Positions 37,597 through 50,235 are shown, counted from the whole stretch's first letter. The stretch is DNA of 63,809 bases, filler included, from Circinaria calcarea (GCA_051942165.1; 29 parts of 29 records of this genome joined end to end with filler, not necessarily neighbours in it), one strand, 5' to 3'. Notes: a model not told the origin generated them from the letters alone. Program-made: numbers and translations.

Positions 37597-37960
37597 AATA
37601 ATTTAGTATAAATTTATAAATAAATAATTACGGCGTAAATAATAAAGATTTATTTTTATAATAATATTATTTTAAATTATTTATTTAATTATATGCGCTG
37701 TCGCTGCTGTTATAATAATTATTATAATAGAAATAATAAAAGCTGGCGTGCGCAAAGTCGAAAAGAGATTTTGATTTTCCAAAAAAAAATTTCGAAAAAA
37801 TTTCGATGTTGCACTAACGTTCACTCATGCCACCGTAGAAAATTTTAAATTTAAATTTTTACGTGGATCGCATACGTTGTAGCTAGTGTTTATTCTGAGA
37901 GCTTTATCGTTTTAAGCGGCAATATAAAAATCGGTAAAATGAAAGGTAGATTTTTCTAGG
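37597..37960. repeat. Extremely AT/TpA-rich island, probable RIP-degraded repeat
   Basis: Abrupt switch to near-pure A/T with abundant TA dinucleotides, interspersed with residual CG/GC-rich words. Confidence 0.6.
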
Positions 37961-38065
37961 AACCTCTAAGGTGCTCACACAAGTCCACTTGATTTCTTGA
38001 GTAGATCGAGTCCTGAACCTGAAGCTCTGGCACGGTGAGCTTGTGGTAAATGTAGACCTGCGCTG

Positions 38066-39307
38066 TTATAAGTTGTTTATCTGAACTCCATTCACATCGC
38101 TAGCATGTCCGACACCGTCAACACCACTAGTCCTACCCAGCTTATTTCTGGCCCCCATCTCCTTTATCTTTGCTTTCTCAGCTTTCTCTCGCTTTTCCGC
38201 TCTTTCACTGAACCGGTCGCCGAATAGATCAAAGTGCGATCTCATCACGATGGTGTATTTGACCAGCTCCTCCATATAATCGACAAGTCTGTCTCGATTA
38301 CTGCTCGGCATTAGCCGACTATCATGGTCCTGACCTTCGGTAAACTGCATGTAGGCTTTTGGGATAGACGATTGGTTGGGGATGGTGAACATGCGCATCC
38401 AGCGCCCAAAAATGCGAAGCGAGTTGACCGAGTTGAAGGATTGTGAACCTCCCGAGACCTGCGCAATGGCAAGGGTGCGGCCTTGAGTAGGACGGACGCT
38501 GCCCGTCGAGAGTGGGATCCAGTCAATCTGATTTTTGAAGACAGCTGTCTGCGTTCGCGGCCCTATCAGTAACGCGGTTCAAAGGATGATTATTCGGCTC
38601 CAACAGCCTGAGAGTAGCAAAGAAACAAGGCGTAGGTAGGTGAGATGTTAGAGGATTGAATTAACACACCAGATTCCCATGCTGCTCCGGAGAGACCCAA
38701 ACATGGCCGTCGCTCCAACGACTTAACTCCCGTAGCTCCTGCACCTTTTCGTGATGGTGCTGGACGTCGTCCTTAATAGGCAGGCCTAGAGGATCGTAAA
38801 CGCGGACATCACAACCCAAGCGGGAAAGAATCCGTGCTGCTTCAAGCGCAGTGAGACGTGAGTAAGACCTGTTATCGTTTCAGCCTTGTCGAGAAACGAT
38901 GGGGGGGTTGCATTGAATCACCTTTGCCGTAGACTCCCAAACAAGACCAGTATCCTTAGCCTTGTTCCTGTTTGGTGCAAGTCTTTCATGGCCATCTTCT
39001 CTACAGTTTCCAACTCCAAATTACTGACCCAGTCGGTGCCGGTTGATTTAGCATCAAGTCGGAAGGGTCTATACTTGCTTCGAACGTGAGGATCATCATT
39101 CTCTTCAGCAATGGCCAGAGAGTAACTTCGACTTTCAGATTGGGGCTCTGGGACCAGACTCGCTTCTATGGTATAATTACTGATGCCAGGACTTTACGAC
39201 AAGGACGATATCCGCAAAGCCCTGTGGGAGAGGAGGAACTTGGGAGTGAGGCTAGAGAAATTATGAAAATTCTGTAGTAGTGACAGCGCTGGTCTCAATG
39301 AGCGCAT
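38066..39307 (-). CDS. arsH: ArsH NADPH-dependent FMN reductase (arsenic resistance), 3 exons; in-frame TAA at codon 38
   Basis: [103 protein letters not shown] and [11 protein letters not shown]. Introns near 38869-38921 and 38549-38668. Confidence 0.92.
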
Positions 39308-39528
39308 GGGATGTCACTGGAGGAGAAATTATGAAGGATTATTGGAACTGTTGAGAAAATTGATGTGTAACTGATGTACCAAAAGACCGTAAACTAGCTT
39401 TTTTCTTCTTCAAATAGTTGAAATTCCCTGTTAAAAGTGGAGAAGCTTGGCGAGGCGCGGCCTTAAAACTTAGCGCAATACCCAGACTTTTAGCGTAGCT
39501 TACCCCGCTCGTAGTATGGTATCAGCTC

Positions 39529-39638
39529 AAACAGGTTACCAAACAGGTTACCAAACAGGTTACCAAACAGGTTACCAAACAGGTTACCAAACAGGTTACC
39601 AAACAGGTTACCAAACAGGTTACCAAACAGGTTACCAA
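39529..39638 (+). repeat. (AAACAGGTTACC)n 12-bp tandem array running into the contig end
   Basis: Nine perfect copies plus a partial copy. Confidence 0.97.
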
Positions 39639-39738
39639 NNNNNNNNNNNNNNNNNNNNNNNNNNNNNNNNNNNNNNNNNNNNTTAATTAATTAANNNNNN
39701 NNNNNNNNNNNNNNNNNNNNNNNNNNNNNNNNNNNNNN

Positions 39739-40960
39739 TATCTCGGGAGATGCTCGTAAGCGTGATAATATTTTTTGCGCGCGCCGTGCTAATTCCACAG
39801 GCGGGCGTTTTTCCTCAATGAAGATGTTGCGGTAGCGCAGGGACTGGTGATAATCCGTATCATGTACACTTGCAGCGGACTTCACGGATTTTTTGGAGGA
39901 AGATAAGACACTGTTGAGGCTGTCATCTGGCGAGGGAAAAATACTGGCGGGCTGACGACGGATCATGTTATCTGCCAGCTCCCGAAGCAGTGTTTCGTTG
40001 TCTGTCGAAGCTCTCCGAGACCAGCAGGACTCACTCAACCAGTTGTCGATGAAATCTTGCTTGTAGTGTCTTGGTTTAGATCTCGATTGCCGCGCTCTCT
40101 GGCCGTATTTAGGACGTTTCGCGTCGTGATTCAATAAGTCACCATCCTCAATACTTCGTCGCCGTTTGACTGCTGTCGAGTTAACAATACTACCAGTTAC
40201 TAATATGGAAAATGGTGACGTACTACTTTTTTGTGCTTCTGGGTTTGTCGGACAGGGTTGGGGCTGCCCTTTGTCCTTGTCTTTAGGGACGCGGTGTTGT
40301 TCAGCTGCGCTGGTCAGCATTGTAAACGAAACACCCGCAACATGGTCTGAGCTGACATTTCTTTCGACTCCTCAGAATGCGACGCTCGGCCTGAGGTCGT
40401 TCTTGCCGAATATATTGATGTGTTTCGATTGACCTAGGCGATGACCTCGTCTGTTTCCCGGCTCGTGCGATCTGTTCTTGGTTCAAGTCCCGTATTTCCT
40501 GTAATGGTGGGCTCTTACGAGGAGGTTGAGATCCAATTCTGTCTTGGTGGTTGTGGCGTCGTTTGCCGACTGTAAACGGTGAGCTATGGACATATGGAAT
40601 CGCAAAATTGGCATCAGGGTACTGACGACTCTCCTGGCTTCTCGGTCTCTTGCGCCTGTGATCAGCCGTGTCCTCGTCTTTGGCGATACGGCGCCTTTTG
40701 CCTATATATATATCAGTGATGGTGATGTTAAATAGCATGAACAAAGCTCTGACGGTTTGGCTGATCTGGCCCGACCTGCGTGTCAAGTTTGGTGGGTTCT
40801 CCTCGCGCTCTGCCCGTGTTTGGCATTGTAGCGCCAGCTTCCATACTGATTGGTAAAGGAAGGGGTTTTGATATTTTTTCTAAAGGTTCGGGCGGGAGAA
40901 ACGATGGTTCCTTTGGTAGTGGAATGAGAAGCGGGGTGTATGGAGGTTGCAAAACTGGGT
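39739..40960 (-). CDS. Fungal hypothetical protein with basic low-complexity N-terminus (possibly frameshifted), 5' part
   Basis: Three overlapping minus-strand ORFs. The distal part, SVHDTDYHQSLRYRNIFIEEKRPPVELARRAQKIL..RASPE, resembles a multicopy fungal hypothetical family. Confidence 0.5.
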
Positions 40961-41608
40961 GGGCGGCTGGTTATTAGCTGTCAACCAACCATTTGCCGCG
41001 AGCCACATTAACCTCATGCGAAACAATGATCTTAGCTGGGATAGCTTAACCTATCTGTCACGTTAGCAATGGCTTCTGCCAAGACGGTACGGAGATGATA
41101 ATTTGCCGAAAGCTTAGCAGGGGATGTTAAAAGCCAATCATTGACTTCAGGAAGCTGCTCACTGAAAACACAAGCCCATAGCGAAGTGATTCAAAAAATA
41201 AGGCAACAAGCAATGCCGCCTAAATTAGAAGCGCCCGCTGGCTTGATTGCATTATTTCCCCTGATTATAAGTTACAGATGATAGAAGTGCTTGCGCGCAC
41301 AAATCAACCCACGAAGAGATTATCACTGATTATGGCGTCATACACCCGGCCTCGCATGATTGAGCACCGATAGGGCTAAACAGGGCCAGAGAAAAGAGCC
41401 ACCGAGCAGCCACATCGGGAGTCATTTCACCCGGTGTCCGTCATGTGGCAGCCCTATACCAATGAGTATCAGTTGGGGTCCCCTTGGGGTTCCCCTGTTT
41501 CAACCTCCGGACTACATTGGATGATCATCTCATCTGGTTATATATGGGGTGGGCTATCACACCTCTGTCTAAGACTGCTAAACAGGCTGGCTCTACAAAG
41601 AACCAGCT

Positions 41609-41838
41609 CTATTTTATCTCCTTATTATCCACGAACCATTTCACTGACCGATCAATACGTTCATCCATACTAACTTTCGGTCGATATCCCAGGATCCACC
41701 TCGCTTTCTCCCCGTTGAGTGTCCGATTGATGGTACTAAGACGGATTCCTTCCCTTGTCATGTTTGGCTGTTCTCTGCCTCTCGACAGTATCCAGACTAT
41801 CAACTCACCAATCCAACCCATGATCAGTCCTACAATGG
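41609..41838 (-). CDS. 3-beta-hydroxysteroid dehydrogenase/decarboxylase-like (Erg26-like) C-terminus
   Basis: QPNMTREGIRLSTINRTLNGEKARWILGYRPKVSMDERIDRSVKWF. Confidence 0.7.
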
Positions 41839-41938
41839 NNNNNNNNNNNNNNNNNNNNNNNNNNNNNNNNNNNNNNNNNNNNTTAATTAATTAANNNNNN
41901 NNNNNNNNNNNNNNNNNNNNNNNNNNNNNNNNNNNNNN

Positions 41939-42310
41939 ATGTGCATGGAGCAACGCCCCTTTCGGCATCCTCCGCACAATCTGCCAGAGCTTGCTACTCT
42001 TCATTCGCGCCCGGGAGATGGCAAATGCCATACCCGGAAAGATCGGGCTGCGTTGGCTAGCATCACTCCATACCCCTTGTTTTTCTGACTCCCGTACCTG
42101 AGAAACTATGCTGCAAGCTTCATGTGCCACTGCGGAAAGGGAGGAGCGGAAAGCGGCATCGGAGCGTAAAGCCTTTTCTTTCTCAATCAACTTGATGCGA
42201 TCTCTACGGTAACTTAGAACATCTTTGTCTGTGCTTTGAGGAATTCCGAGCCTCTTTTCCCAGTCTGGGATAGGAGGTTTTTTGTCTGGTATCTTAGATG
42301 CTTGGGACAT
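41939..42310 (-). CDS. ADGF/CECR1-type adenosine deaminase, 5' part
   Basis: LIEKEKALRSD, FPGMAF and KLWQIVRRMPKGALLHAH (the metal-binding HxH). Confidence 0.88.
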
Positions 42311-42795
42311 GACAGCAGTGGAATTAAGTAGAGATTCAAGGCGATGAAAAACATATTGTAGAGGGAAGTTACATATGATGATGAGAATGCTAAATCACCG
42401 ATCACTTCGACTATGTTTGCAGAACACCTCAAATCCCAGTACATGATGGTTGCGGAAATATAGACAAAGAAGACCTTGAATGAGATATTGACCATAAATA
42501 CAAGCATCCCGGTTTTGCACTCCATTTCCGGCGTTCGTGATTAGATGATAGCCACCAGCAAATTCGATTAAGAAACAATGATTCTGATATATGGAGATGT
42601 TCCTAACTGTAACACTCTCAAGAGTAGTAGCAAATCGTGGAGAAGTTGATCAATAAACAAAGATGTTCGATTCGGTTACGGTCGTTACGGGCGCTTGACC
42701 CAAAGGGGAACACTATCAATCTACCCGATTGCGATGAGTACACCCCACGAGAAAGCTCTCTCCATGCACCGCATGTCCCATAGCACAAGGCCATA

Positions 42796-43576
42796 ATGGT
42801 ATTCTTCGGCCTCGGTGGCTTCTTCTATAGTATGTCTTGGTTTTCCAACTATATAGCAACTCGACTAACTTGCAAACAGTCTCCGTCCTTCTCATCAATG
42901 CAATAGCCATCCTTTCCGAGGACAGGTTCTTGGCACGAAGTATGTGTTCTCCGTCTTCCTTTCCGTCTTCCTTTTACAGTCATTCTACCTCCAAGGAGAC
43001 TTCCGCATCTGGTTTTCGGGCAAGAAGTTGGAATCATACGTAGCTTTGGGTTGCCATCCTCAGCGCGCCTTGCCCGTACTTTCACACGGGGCTAGAAGCT
43101 GTCTTCCACAACATATCCCCCATCCACAGTCACAGCTCATCATCCTCGATGCCAACCAGAATTGTCCAATTCGCTAACACTACTTTTCAACCGACAGTTG
43201 GATGGGGCAAAGTCCCACAATCCGCCTCCTTCGGCTCCAGCCAAGATACCACGAGCGTTAAGGCGAAAATGGTGGAATTGATCAACAGTATACGGACTTT
43301 GATGAGAAGTAGGTCCTCTTTTATCTCGATCAGTATGTGCGGCAAGGGAACGGGAGTATGGAACGAGGGAATTGGGTAGCAATTGTGGGGGTCTTTGCTT
43401 CACTGGGAGAAGTCGCATTCCGGGAGCCCTGGAGTACAGGATTGAGTGGGTTTAAATGGGCTACCGGAACAACAGGAGGTTGAAAGAACAGTCACGCTGA
43501 TGAGAGGGTGAATAAAACAGTCCCACTAATCGGCATCAACATGCTGGTCATCGTCTACGCCCTTATCCTCGGTTGA
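42796..43576 (+). CDS. YOS1: ER-Golgi transport protein Yos1/IER3IP1 (4 exons)
   Basis: Spliced product: MVFFGLGGFFYISVLLINAIAILSEDRFLARIGWG...SVKAKMVELINSIRTLMRIPLIGINMLVIVYALILG*. Confidence 0.93.
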
Positions 43577-44149
43577 CCCTCCACAACCTCTAGCATCGGA
43601 ACCACTCGAACGTATACCGGGCAGCTCATACCGTTGGAAAGACGTTGGCAGGTTGGAGATAGGGATTAGGGCGGGATTGAGAGAGTCCGAGATGAAGCAT
43701 CCTCACGCGTGACTTACCAGACGGACCAAAGCAACCGGATGGCGCTGCACAGGAACGGCATGAAAGCAACGGGCGTCTGGCGAATAGTAGGAATAACGAA
43801 AGCAAGGGAAGAAAGCAATGGCGTTCCGGGGCGCAACGACCAAAGGATAGCAATGTAAGACTCCGCCGAGAAGAAAAAATTTCAAATCGTCCTTTTTAGC
43901 TGCAGTGGTGTATATCGTTTGCCAATCCATGGTTTCTAAAATCGTTCTCTCCTACTCCCTCTCCCTCTCTCTTCCAGATACCCCTCTCTTCCCCCCTCTC
44001 TTCCCTCTCCATCCTCAGCCCTCTTTCCCCTTAAACGGNNNNNNNNNNNNNNNNNNNNNNNNNNNNNNNNNNNNNNNNNNNNTTAATTAATTAANNNNNN
44101 NNNNNNNNNNNNNNNNNNNNNNNNNNNNNNNNNNNNNNCCCCTGAACAG

Positions 44150-44508
44150 CCCTAATCCGCTACTACCTTCAACACCCCCTAACCCCGCGCCCCCTCCGCT
44201 TCTCTCGCTTACGTGCTCTCCGCCACTGGACCATCCACCGCGCCTGGTGTCTCTACACGCACCAGCAGCGTCGCCGCGAAGAACTTGAGCTGGAACGCCA
44301 GTACAACGCCATGCGCGCGGCATGCGAGGAATTACGCGTTGGAGCCGGGGACGGCGGACGCTTGTATCGGCAGGCGATGACGAAGAAGGGAATTTTTGGG
44401 GGGTTGAAGGCTGAGAAAGGGGAGGAAGGGGGCGTGCCGGTTGAGTATGCGAGGGCGCAAACGGAGGGGCCGCCGAGGGAGGGGTGGTATGCTGGGTGGA
44501 CGAGGTAG
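44150..44508 (+). CDS. MRPL28: Mitochondrial ribosomal protein mL40 (yeast Mrpl28), last exon
   Basis: LIRYYLQHPLTPRPLRFSRLRALRHWTIHRAW...LERQYNAMRAACEELR...VPVEYARAQTEGP. Confidence 0.82.
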
Positions 44509-45739
44509 GGGGAATATAGGGTTACTAAGGGGCATGGAAGACTTGTATCATCAGGTCAGCCTTGCGGTTCTCGTCTTCGTTCTCCTCGTGGGCCATTCTC
44601 CCGGAGTAGCATACCCTATCTATCCCACCAAGACATGATCAACGTGGCTATTACAAGACAAATTTACAGATACTCTTTCCCATTCGTGAAAACCCTCGTC
44701 GTGGAACATTTCAACAGTTTGTTTCTTTACCCTCGAGCGTTTTCTCTCCACACTTCTACACCCTCTCCAACTCTCTCCCCGCGCTCCCATCAGAAAAAAA
44801 GAGAAGGGGGCTTTTCCTAACACAACACAACCCGCGCCAATCCACCCCATCCTCCTCACCTCCTAAACCCCAAAAATCTTCGCTCCACATCATTGTCTTT
44901 CAAAATCCCCATAGCTCCCTGGCTACCCCCTAACGTACTTCCACGAAACCCCTCCCTTCTTCCGGTCGTAGTCCCCTGGTTTCTTTCGATCGATCTGCGT
45001 CCCGGGACCATTGGATTGGGTTCAATTTACAAAGGGGGTTTAGAACAACGAGGCCCCCCCCCCTTCCTCTGGGGAAAATTTTAATAGAAATGCAGTCACG
45101 CCAGACCTGGATTTTAAAGAGCGTTCCGGGGGGGGGTCCCTTATATGGTATATTGGAGACAAAGAGTAATCGTTCGCACCGATTCTTTTCTTTTTCGATC
45201 CGCCGGGAGCGGGGGCCGGGGGTGTTTGTAGATACAGATGCATAACGTACGTACGTACGGATCGGATTTATCTATATTTGTGTTGGTGGGGGCTTACTCA
45301 TTCTGTCCAATCCGAGAAGATTTGTCCGAGGGGGGGAAGGGGTTTCCCGGGTTGGTTTGGGGCGGTGTGGGTACTAATCAGGGGGAATATTGGACACTTG
45401 GTATCAGGGACCTGCGGTGTAAGATACCTCCCGGCAACAAAGGAAAATGCAGGATCCGCATGCGTTGGAGTGTTATGTGGAAAAAAAAATTTGGGGTTTC
45501 AAAGTGCTTGGAGAGAGATGCAATGATGAAGGTTTTTGCAAGCGTCGATGATCTAGATATATGCTCTATGCCCAGGAAACTATGTTCATGTAGGGAAAAG
45601 CAAAAACAATGCTAGCCCACTGACTGCTTCAGCGATCAAAATGAGAATGTCTAGTCCATCAATTTCCCAGCCTGTATTATATACTCCTCCTGGTCCATAC
45701 TAATGGATTAAGGAGGATTGATTCCCGACATATTAGCAA

Positions 45740-46238
45740 CTACTCTGCGTCTGGATCCTCATCCCCACTGACGCTGGGTTCACTCTCTCCTCCTCCTCCT
45801 TCATGAATCATGCCCAATAGCGGCTCCTCCTCGCTGCCGACAAATGTTGCCCGCTCTTCTTTTCCACGTGAAAAGTGACCGGCGACACTGATTCCAGCAA
45901 CCGAAAGACCATGGACCATTATCGAACCCAGAACAACAAAACAGACCACTGGCCACACCGTCTCAATGGCTTTCTTGTGAGGCGAGTGATCTGGAGGTTG
46001 GGGTAAGGGAAGCGAACTCTCCGTCTCCAGATGGGCTCGAGCTTCGATAGCGAGGAAGAGTGCGCCAACACCCATCGGCCCAAAGTGACCGCACAATAAT
46101 GCCTCGCGATAAGTCTTGATGTCCGGAATGAATCGCTTCATCGCCAAGACAATGGGTATACGGCGGAAAAGGAGTATGAGAGCAAGTAGTGCTATCAGTC
46201 TCCCCGATGTCTGGTATGGCGTTATTTCGCGAAAGCCA
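45740..46238 (-). CDS. Na+/H+ antiporter (Nha1-like, CPA1), C-terminus
   Basis: LLFRRIPIVL, EALLCGHFGPMGVGALFLA and VWPVVCFVVLGSIMVHGLSV. Confidence 0.9.
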
Positions 46239-46339
46239 NNNNNNNNNNNNNNNNNNNNNNNNNNNNNNNNNNNNNNNNNNNNTTAATTAATTAANNNNNN
46301 NNNNNNNNNNNNNNNNNNNNNNNNNNNNNNNNNNNNNNC

Positions 46340-46708
46340 CCTTGGACCCGCCCGCAATCGAGTCAGTACTCTGTTACCACAATCGTCGGCAACAGTGACG
46401 CGCAGAGACCTCACTCGGAATCCTACTCTTTCGTCGACGTCGTCGGCGGCGGGAAAAATCAGAAAGTGGGAGTTGGTGAAGGCAATTATCACCGGAGATC
46501 AGGCACATTCGACAGTAGTAGCCGACGATCAGGGACCTTTGATAGTCACCATCGCCGCTCAGGCATCAGCGAGACGAGAAGGAAATCCGGCGTCAGCGTT
46601 GGGGTCGGCGAGGTGGAGGAGTGGCGGATCCCACTGAATGCGATCCTGGTGCGGAATGAGGTCGAATGGGAGGATAGTGCACGGACGCCGGAGCCGAAGG
46701 ACCGATGA
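46340..46708 (+). CDS. C-terminal cytoplasmic tail, probably of a Pth11-like membrane receptor
   Basis: Frame is open from the contig start, has RRSGTFDS repeats and ends IPLNAILVRNEVEW, typical of such tails. Confidence 0.45.
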   Translation, partial: PWTRPQSSQYSVTTIVGNSDAQRPHSESYSFVDVVGGGKNQKVGVGEGNYHRRSGTFDSSSRRSGTFDSHHRRSGISETRRKSGVSVGVGEVEEWRIPLNAILVRNEVEWEDSARTPEPKDR

Positions 46709-47719
46709 TGCACGAGTCTTCGTGTGTGTTAGCGGAGAATGTTTTGTACATATAAAGTCTTTGGATTGGGGGGGGGGGAAGGGTTGTTTGGCGGATGGAT
46801 GGGCTTGCCTGGAATCGGCATGGAAATCGGAAACCCTTTTGATGAAGATAATGATGAGGATGAGGATTTAGAGCACGGGCCGAGGGATTTCGCTTCTCGC
46901 AATCCTAGGGGCCTGTGTACCTTCTGGTGTAGGACAGGAGGGAAAGGGAAAAAATATAACCAATACCAATCTCCTGTTTCAGTCTCGTTCTAGGCGTGGC
47001 GTCTCAACGCAAACATTGCAGGTCAGGCAGCGGTCTTTTATTGTAGATGATGATGCGGGCTAACTGTGTTATAGATACCCTCTACGGAACACGTTTGTGG
47101 GAGGAGACCATACGCTTCCAAATAGCTGGAGATGTCTAAGCTTATGAAGGTTTGATGAAGTGAAACGTTTAAGGCTTAGAACTTACGGGCTGCCAATAAA
47201 TGAGGCAATGAAACACACGGTGGCATGGCGTTTACATCGTCTTTGACTGGCCCCTCTCATACTCTCTCTCCAATATGAATATAAGAGTTATTAGTGGTTA
47301 TTCTATCATCCAGGACCCTCGCAAGCATGACGAATTTTTCTATAATGGCAAAAAAAGGTATATTTCCTTTTTTTAAAGAGCATCTCTATACAAGCCTAAT
47401 TATATATTACTCAATCAATAAACTTTTACTCCCTCCGGTATTATCTAAGTCTTATAATATGATTGTGAATTTTTCCCATTTATCATACCTATTCCATTCA
47501 CTTCTTATGCTTCAAGCATTAAGTGGCACCCGCTTCATGCATTTTTTTGGCGGCTACTCGCTCCGCAAAAATAAACCTTCTGTCGATGTCGAATCGGCTT
47601 TTTTAAATTCAAGATCGACAGCCTTTCAAGATTTTGTGTTCCCTCATGGATGTCTCAATTTTATTTGGAAGGGTAGTTTTGTAGGCCCTTAAAGTTACCA
47701 ACGGTCCTGCGCGGGGCCC

Positions 47720-47990
47720 CCACGGCCATAGGACGGCGTTGTAGATGGCTGAAAAGCATAGACGCATGACAACTGGACTGGCGGCGATGATGCCAATATC
47801 CGTATCGACGATGACCAGGTGATCGAGGGAATGCTGGCCTCTAGTCAGCTGTCAGCTTTAGGTGTGCACGACGGGGATAGAGAGAGAGAGAGAAGACGTG
47901 CACTGCGGATCCGTCTTGCCTACGTACGGGGCTAGGATACGGGCCATGAGGACCAAGGCGGGGCGATGGTGCAACCAGTGTGCCCTGAGC
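47720..47990 (-). pseudogene. Degenerate Pth11-like (rhodopsin domain) fragment
   Basis: IVDTDIGIIAASPVVMRLCF resembles the last-helix motif E..IGII.AS...RP. Frameshifted and bounded by a GT...CTGAC..AG intron. Confidence 0.3.
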
Positions 47991-48149
47991 TTTAATCCCC
48001 AGTGCACCTCTCCTCAGCTAACAGGGGTGTCGTATCGGCTCGACGGGAAATCAATCAAAGAGCAGGACTGTGAGTCCTCGGAAGCGTTTTCCTGGCCGAG
48101 AGACGCAAGCCGGGGGGAGACTGTATTTTTCTGGGGCTTCTCCTTGGGG

Positions 48150-48183
<34 letters not shown>

Positions 48184-48574
48184 GGTTTGCCCACTTTCCC
48201 GTGGATGATGATACATACTCCTTTTGAATTTCTGGAAGGAGGTTTGAGACCGGGCATCCGTCTTCGAATCTGACGGTGCCAAAGGGGGAAGGCCCCCTTG
48301 ATGCAAAAACAGCCATGTTGGGAGGTTGGAGCGATTCCACTCCAAAGAAACCGGACGGATGGAATTCGGTCAGGATGAAGATGAGCCACTTCTTGACGGG
48401 GGTAGTATTCTCCCCCCCCGGGGATTCCTTAATTGCNNNNNNNNNNNNNNNNNNNNNNNNNNNNNNNNNNNNNNNNNNNNTTAATTAATTAANNNNNNNN
48501 NNNNNNNNNNNNNNNNNNNNNNNNNNNNNNNNNNNNACTTGGGGCCTATTGAGGAATATGATAAGTCCCGATTG

Positions 48575-48822
48575 GTAATAGCACGGTTACATAGGGTGTA
48601 GTTAAACTATTGCCCTAGGTTCAATATAAAAGGAGTATATTGAACTCGTTATGGTTCTATAAGCATGCTATTCTAAAGAGCGCCGAACAGCCTGCTTATA
48701 TACATCTTTGCTCATCCTGCTCACCTCTGCTCATCCACTGAGCAAAAGGTCTGAGGGTGGCTCCGTTCCGTCGCTAGTCCCAACCGGGCCCTAGTACATG
48801 TCATGGTGCTGACGCCATAACA
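48575..48822 (-). mobile_element. LTR-like dispersed repeat, copy 2
   Basis: The reverse complement starts TGTTATGGCGTCAGCACCAT and has TATATAAG. It shares 59 of 72 aligned positions (hand alignment) with 3436-3506. Confidence 0.5.
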
Positions 48823-49002
48823 TCAAGCCGATATTCAAACGGGTTTGAAATTTAAAACTGTTACAGTTTAAAAAAACGTGTTGAACGATATCTAATATAT
48901 TGCCAAAATTGACCTTAATACGTAAGTAGCTCCAACACCATCTGTACACCGTATATACACAAGACTTAGGTCCCAGCAAGCGCCTTTAAGGTAGATAGGA
49001 AC

Positions 49003-49314
49003 CTACGCATGCCACTTGTTGATTACCACCATCCAGCTCTTGAACTCCGAATCGAGGTGCATTCTGCTGTAGGCTTTTCCAGGGTCGTAGTTCATCGCAG
49101 TTTGCAGTCCTTCACCATTCTCCTCACTCCATAGATATACGGTCGTATAGTGGTCTATCGGGGTAGGCCAGAATTGAATTTCGTTGGCACCGCCCGTGAC
49201 ATTGTTGATAACATCGAACTCTTGGATTCTACCCACAGACCAGGGTTGACCGGCTTGGAAGGCCTTGCAATTCCACTGTGCCATCTCTATTTTCGAGCTT
49301 TTATAAACAAGCAA
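49003..49314 (-). CDS. Hypothetical protein (exon)
   Basis: 103-codon frame with globular-looking composition. No family recognised and the start is unclear. Confidence 0.3.
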   Translation of the reverse strand: MLVYKSSKIEMAQWNCKAFQAGQPWSVGRIQEFDVINNVTGGANEIQFWPTPIDHYTTVYLWSEENGEGLQTAMNYDPGKAYSRMHLDSEFKSWMVVINKWHA

Positions 49315-50235
49315 ACTTCACGTCAACTATTTTATTTAGTAGCGTACGTTGAAGTGGTATTAATTATTGCTCACCCTCTAGCTCAATCCTTGATGAGGAT
49401 AACTGATCAGGAAATCTCAGGTGTCTTGAGAAAGGAGGAGCATTACAGGGAGGGCACTACGTCTTCAATGGCATGCGTGGCAGTGCCGGAAAGTATGTGT
49501 GGTGAAGTGGAATGAAATACTATGTGATTACTATGGTCTATGCCCTTATGTATGTGTATAGTATCAATGTGTGTGGTGTATATTATCTATGGAAAAAGAC
49601 TCGGGGGATGGCTGAGATATGGAGCGAAAAGAAGGTCCAATTAGCGTGGTTTCCCCGCTCTTTTCTCTACGTGCTTCTATCACGACTTTTGGCCCTTTTC
49701 GATTAATTCGGTAAAGCCGGTTTTCATGATTAATTTGAATAAATAAATAAACCCCTTTGAAGAGGACATTATGGGGCATAAGTCACCAGATTCCCCAATC
49801 TCCCCGTCCTGTCACCAAGTCCCTCAAACCGAGGCGGGTGCAAGCAGAAGCTCGTTGTGAAAACAATCTAATACCGGAGGACCCCTTGCAGTTATATCAC
49901 AGCTGGCCAATGACACAAGACCCCTGAATGTTTCAAAAAAAAATTCCCTGTTTCAAAGGACTCGAACTATACATAGGTAGGTGAAGGAAAACGGAGAGCC
50001 CTCCCCCCCCCTCTCTTCACTGATTTGTATTTCAGCGGCAAACGGGTGGACCTGTAAGTTTGGGTGGGGGTTCTATATACCTTGCCGTGAAAAGCATTAT
50101 CCTTGGCGGAAACTATGGGGAAACGAACGATACTCCACACTCTTACAATCTCGAAAAAAGCGTCCAGTTCGTCTATCATATCTCCCACCTCTCAGACTAC
50201 ATTCGGCAAGAAACCCCAATTCCCCTTCTCACCCC

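Noticed and set aside
13284..39307. Apparent metal-homeostasis cluster (two NIPA transporters, a CDF transporter, ArsH)
   Set aside because: The genes are on four different contigs placed together only by length sorting.
39495..39525. CGTAGTATGGT match to 3344-3354 (reverse complement), and TGGTATCAG resembling a tRNA-Met primer-binding site
   Set aside because: An 11-mer match is expected by chance in 64 kb, the flanking similarity is weak, and no LTR end precedes the PBS-like word.
48152..48182. 31-nt poly(T) as the poly(A) tail of a retro-insertion; poly-Lys/Phe ORFs across it
   Set aside because: No TSD or recognisable LINE/SINE body is present, and the ORFs are homopolymer by-products.
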